A stretch of 64,000 nucleotides of DNA from the NCBI GenBank assembly GCA_963674965.2, contig CAXXFL010000006.1, forward strand, positions 1,056,001-1,120,000, in the 5' to 3' direction. The stretch comes from a bacterium (GTDB lineage: Bacteria; RBG-13-61-14; DATKZS01). This document shows, piece by piece, positions 60,051 to 64,000 of the stretch; the stretch's first letter is position 1; every line of letters starts with the position of its first letter. The notes under the pieces are model-generated. The model was not told the DNA's origin. It did not search any database and worked only from the letters and a program-made list of their open reading frames with translations. Made by a program: the position numbers and the translations under genes.

Positions 60051-61085
60051 ATGATAGTGGTGATGAAGACCTCGATGACCAAGAACGAGCTGGACAACGT
60101 GACGGCGCGCATCAAGGAAATGGGCTACGCTCCCCACATCCTTCACGGGGTGGAGAGAAAGGTCATCGCCTGCATAGGCGACGAGAGGGGCAAGGCCCGT
60201 CTCCAGTCCCTCGAGACCATGCCGGGCGTGGACTCCGTGATGCCCATCTTGAAGCCCTACAAGCTGGCCAGCAAGGTGACCCATCCCAGAAAGAGCGCGG
60301 TCAAGGTCAAGGTCGCGGGCTCGAGAAGCTCGGTGACGGTGGGGGGCAAGAAGTTCGCCGTCATCGCCGGTCCCTGCTCGATCGAGAGCGAGGAGCAGCT
60401 TATAAGCACGGCCAGGGCCGTGAAGAAGGCGGGCGCCTGCATGATCCGGGGCGGGGCCTACAAGCCGAGGACCTCTCCCTACAGCTTCCAGGGCATGGAG
60501 GAGGACGGGCTCAAGCTCCTGGCCCTGGCCCGCGAGGAAACGGGACTGCCCGTGGTCACCGAGGTCATGAACCCCGGCGACGTGCTGTTAGTCGCCAAGT
60601 ACGCCGACGTCCTCCAGATCGGCGCCCGCAACGTGCAGAACTTCTCCCTTTTAAAGGCGGTGGGAAAGCTGGATAAGCCCATCTTCTTAAAGCGCGGCAT
60701 GATGACCACCATCGAGGAATTCCTCATGAGCGCCGAGTACATCATGAGCGAGGGCAACCAGAACGTCATGCTCTGCGAGCGGGGCATCCGGACCTTCGAG
60801 AAGGCCACTCGGAACACCCTCGACCTCTCGGCCGTGCCCGTGCTCCAGCGCGAGACCCACCTGCCCGTGGTGGTCGACCCCAGCCACGCCACCGGCCACT
60901 GGGAACTGGTCGAGCCCATGAGCCGGGCCGCCGCGGCCGCCGGCTGCGACGGCCTCATGGTCGAGGTCCACCCCACCCCCGAGAAGGCCTGGTCCGACGG
61001 CGGCCAGTCCCTCAAGTTCGACACCTTCGCCAAGATGATGAAAAACCTGGAGCCCTTCGTTAAGGCCATGAAGAGAACGATGTAA
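60051..61085 (+). CDS. aroF: DAHP synthase type I-beta with N-terminal ACT-like domain
   Basis: [48 protein letters not shown]; an in-frame upstream ATG at 59928 also has an RBS. Confidence 0.95.
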   Translation: MIVVMKTSMTKNELDNVTARIKEMGYAPHILHGVERKVIACIGDERGKARLQSLETMPGVDSVMPILKPYKLASKVTHPRKSAVKVKVAGSRSSVTVGGKKFAVIAGPCSIESEEQLISTARAVKKAGACMIRGGAYKPRTSPYSFQGMEEDGLKLLALAREETGLPVVTEVMNPGDVLLVAKYADVLQIGARNVQNFSLLKAVGKLDKPIFLKRGMMTTIEEFLMSAEYIMSEGNQNVMLCERGIRTFEKATRNTLDLSAVPVLQRETHLPVVVDPSHATGHWELVEPMSRAAAAAGCDGLMVEVHPTPEKAWSDGGQSLKFDTFAKMMKNLEPFVKAMKRTM

Positions 61086-61238
61086 GGAGGGGGACGTCCA
61101 GCGGGAGAGCGCAAGATTTTTTCATGAGGCGCGCGCGGGTGGCGCGGATCGCCTATCCGCGCGGCGAAAGCCGTTGGATTTTTATACGCGCCAGGCGGCC
61201 ACCGCCTCTTCCCGCGCCTTGGGCGCCAGGTAGCAAAG

Positions 61239-61474
61239 CTATCCGTCGTTTAAATATTTATAGAGATAGAACTGATATTTATTCGAGAATAATCGTAATT
61301 TATCATCAAATATCAGCGCGCGATATAAACTCCAGTCTTTTCTATCAATCGCCCATATAAAAACATTTTCGTTATCTCTAAGCAGGTATAGATAGTTTCC
61401 ATTAATATTACGCGTTTGAATTTGGTAATTTGACAATCTTTTATCATTTATCTCGCATCCAGGAACGCTAACTA
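61239..61474 (-). pseudogene. AT-rich C-terminal gene fragment of unknown function
   Basis: Open frame VSVPGCEIND...YKYLNDG* running from the IS end, with no start of its own. Confidence 0.5.
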
Positions 61475-63238
61475 GTTTCTGTTGCACAACTGCTTAATGG
61501 CTTTCATTATGCGGTGCGGAGAGGATATGGACATGCAGATTTTCAGGGCGTCTATAAAGGACGGAAAAGATTTTAACGCTTTCAGGCGAGTTGAATGCCT
61601 GAGCCGGCCCTTTTCTATCCTTTCAAAAAACACCTCTCCTTTTGCTGTTTTTCATTTCCGTTTTTCATTGCCCCCACAGGGGCGCGCCCGGCGGCGGCTA
61701 AGTCAGCAGCGCGAGTTTTCGAAGGTTCCAGGCAAAGAACGAAAGACCCACCCAGGACTTGAAGCTCTCGAAACCTCTCCACAGGCATCGGCTCAGACCG
61801 AAGCCGCGAAGAAGGGCGGAAAGGCCGCCCTCGATCCCGGCCCGGAAGCGAAGAAGCTTCTTGAACCAGCGCTGACGCTCGTGCTCGATCCGCTCCGAAC
61901 TCCTTTTGCCGGGCTTGGGAATGGCCAGGCGCTCGATATAATAAGGACCTTCGGTCGCAAGCTTCTCATTGTCCTCATGATAGAAGCGGCGGTCGCCGGT
62001 AAACTCGCGTGGAGCCTTGCCGAACAGGCGGACGTGTTTTTGCAAAATGTCCTCGAAAAGGTCGGCGTCGGAAGGGTTGCCCTCGCACACTTTATATTGA
62101 AGCACAATCCCCGACCTTCCCGTCGCCGCCATCACCTTGTGACCGAACTCGGTCGGGCTCATGGTCTTGCCTCTCCGGATGATATCAACGTGCGGCTCGA
62201 AAACGGAAACCACCTTCTCTTGCGCGGGAACCTTCTCGCCTTTTATAACCCGCCGCTCGCACTGCTCGACGCACTGCTCAGAAAGCGGCAGGTAATGATC
62301 GAGTTCGCTCTTGATCATGGTTGCCAGGCCCGCATCGCTGAAATAAAGCTCTCCGCCTTTAAGGGCCTCGTCCAGCGCCTCCCGCGCCGAGCGGGCCATG
62401 GCCAAGATTTCCGCCGAAACCTTGAGAAGGTCCCGGTACCAGACCGCCCGTTTCTTCTCGATCCCTTTGCCTTTGCCCATGGCGATCTGGTAAGCGCGCT
62501 TCTTGGCCCGCCGAGTCCGGTCATGATATTCGAACCCGAGACCCGGCAGCTCCTTCCGCGCTCCTTTCATCAACCGGTCCAATACACGGATGCTGTCAAA
62601 AAGAAGCGAAGCGTCGGTCGGATAGTGGATGTTGGCCTCGGCCACCGCGGTGTCAGCGCGGACCGCCTCGCCGTCTTCTACTTTTTTTTTAATGGCCAGG
62701 GCCACGAGCATTTCGTTGATCCGCTCCCAGGTCTCGGGGCGGATGCGTTTTATCGCCCGCTCCAGGCTGCTGAAATGGGGAATGTCCCGCCCGAAGAACC
62801 TGGTGAACTTGCGGAAATTGTAATCGGAACCGAGGCGGTCGCCGAGTTCCCGGTAGGAATAACACTTGAGTTGATAGATGACCGCGCTCCTAAGGACCTG
62901 CTCGACGCTCATCCCCTCGGCGCCGGTCTCCTTGAGTCCGCTTTGGAGATCATCGGCAACAGCTTCCAGAATTTCCTTGGCCTCGTCGAGCGCTATGCTC
63001 ATCTTCTCAAGCTCAGTGTCTTGTTTGAAAAGATGGCCCGCTTTCAAAAATTCGTGGTCTTCAATGGTCATTTGCATTTTAATTTTCGGTCGCATTTTTC
63101 GCCCCCTTCACAGCATCCCGGCAAGTCAATCCTTGATTTTTCAAGGAGTTATTGTATCATATCAAGACCAAAAAGGGAAGCGAAAAATGCTTACAGCACA
63201 TTGTTTTTATTGGCTTTTTCTAGTTACGCAACTGGAAC
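61475..63238 (-). mobile_element. ISNCY-type insertion sequence (1764 bp)
   Basis: Imperfect 17-bp TIR GTTTCTGTTGCACAACT / GTTCCAGTTGCGTAACT; TAACTA duplicated at 61469-61474 and 63239-63244. Confidence 0.88.
61698..63095 (-). CDS. ISNCY-family DDE transposase, intact
   Basis: DTAVAEANIHYPTDASLL, EFGHKV, FRAGIEG..S.L.RGFGL.RC.WRG. Confidence 0.92.
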   Translation of the reverse strand: MRPKIKMQMTIEDHEFLKAGHLFKQDTELEKMSIALDEAKEILEAVADDLQSGLKETGAEGMSVEQVLRSAVIYQLKCYSYRELGDRLGSDYNFRKFTRFFGRDIPHFSSLERAIKRIRPETWERINEMLVALAIKKKVEDGEAVRADTAVAEANIHYPTDASLLFDSIRVLDRLMKGARKELPGLGFEYHDRTRRAKKRAYQIAMGKGKGIEKKRAVWYRDLLKVSAEILAMARSAREALDEALKGGELYFSDAGLATMIKSELDHYLPLSEQCVEQCERRVIKGEKVPAQEKVVSVFEPHVDIIRRGKTMSPTEFGHKVMAATGRSGIVLQYKVCEGNPSDADLFEDILQKHVRLFGKAPREFTGDRRFYHEDNEKLATEGPYYIERLAIPKPGKRSSERIEHERQRWFKKLLRFRAGIEGGLSALLRGFGLSRCLWRGFESFKSWVGLSFFAWNLRKLALLT

Positions 63239-63241
63239 TAA

Positions 63242-63406
63242 CTAGGTGGCAACCTGTTTTCCTATCAACAAAAGGTCATCACCTAGTATCGAAACGTCAT
63301 CCTTTACCCAATTTTCCAGTTTGTCTTCGTAATCCAAATCGTCCTCCTTAAAGGAAATGAGGTTACTGTCGCCATCCACTTGCCAGAGCCTGGTTTTTTC
63401 CGTCAT
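63242..63406 (-). pseudogene. N-terminal fragment of a NucS/DUF91-like endonuclease
   Basis: AGGAG RBS; MTEKTRLWQV...LDYEDKLENWVKDDVSILGDDLLLIGKQVAT*; ends before the expected IDLL/ELK catalytic motifs. Confidence 0.7.
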
Positions 63407-63467
63407 TATGATCTCCTTTTAATGCTTTGAAAACAAATATGGTAACGATACTTCGAGAGCTCGAATT

Positions 63468-63646
63468 TCAGGGGATTATTAACTCTTCACAATTAGCTTC
63501 TTCATATTTACGACTATTTTCATTGTATTCATATGTCGTATAAGATTGATATATTGAAGACTTGCCCCAAGAATACTCTGTTTTTATAGCCCAAAAGCCA
63601 TTCTTCTTATATGGCAGCACCTTAATACCTTCAATTATAAACGAAC
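63468..63646 (-). pseudogene. AT-rich C-terminal gene fragment of unknown function
   Basis: Open frame ...GIKVLPYKKNGFWAIKTEYSWG...ELIIP* starting abruptly at the GC/AT junction. Confidence 0.45.
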
Positions 63647-64000
63647 TCACGGCGCGTCGGGCTTCATGGGATCGAATGCCTCCGGCTCGTATAGGGCCAT
63701 GGCCGCCAGATACACGGTGACCCCGTTCCACAAATGGGGGATGCTGGTGCGCTGCTGGGCTAATTTACGACCGTCCATCTCGACCCACATGGTGACCTCG
63801 CCGTAGCAGTCCGTCCCGGGGAAGGGAACTTCGTTGGCCAGGAAAACCAGGGCGTCCTCGAGCAGCTCCCGGTATTCTCCCTTTTCCCGGTCGGCCAGGG
63901 CCAGGGTGAATATTTCCTCCCCCAGATAGGCGAAGCCGGGAGTCCGCTTGTTCATTTTTTCCTCGATCCTGGCGGCAAGCTCCCTTTTGATCTCGACCGC
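63647..64000 (-). CDS. Hypothetical protein, C-terminal part (5' end beyond window)
   Basis: Frame open to the window edge with host-like codon usage. Confidence 0.7.
   Translation of the reverse strand, partial: AVEIKRELAARIEEKMNKRTPGFAYLGEEIFTLALADREKGEYRELLEDALVFLANEVPFPGTDCYGEVTMWVEMDGRKLAQQRTSIPHLWNGVTVYLAAMALYEPEAFDPMKPDAP

Noticed and set aside
1-64000. Frequent CTCGAG/TCGA words
   Set aside because: Largely explained by CTC-GAG, ATC-GAG and GTC-GAG codon pairs; over-representation cannot be shown without a Markov-model count

Overview
GC-rich bacterial chromosome segment; gene content suggests a deltaproteobacterial (Desulfobacterota/Myxococcota-like) anaerobe, which is inference only. 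It is mostly core and envelope genes: nusB-ribH-ribBA, thiolase, an archaeal-type glyA with queD and folE2, a predicted PPi-dependent PFK, lutA divergent from a lutB-lutC fusion, glycosylation genes with two B12 radical SAM enzymes, cobO, an isobutyryl-CoA-mutase-type large subunit, a GH78 rhamnosidase, an SSS transporter, hisI and a DAHP synthase. There are two tRNAs (Leu-TAA, Arg-TCT), an IS1380 element whose transposase has a nonsense codon, and an intact ISNCY element inside a small AT-rich patch of gene fragments. The most notable signals are: (1) an apparently leaderless 33-aa Tyr/Trp/Phe-rich leader peptide with a full 1:2/2:3/3:4 attenuator upstream of DAHP synthase; (2) a dispersed hairpin-ended REP/MITE-like repeat family, one copy of which appears split around about 1.1 kb of cargo; (3) a surface lipoprotein with an in-frame AT-rich segment; (4) an orphan lasso-B2-like protease coupled to a sulfotransferase. 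All calls come from reading motifs by eye; no searches were run.
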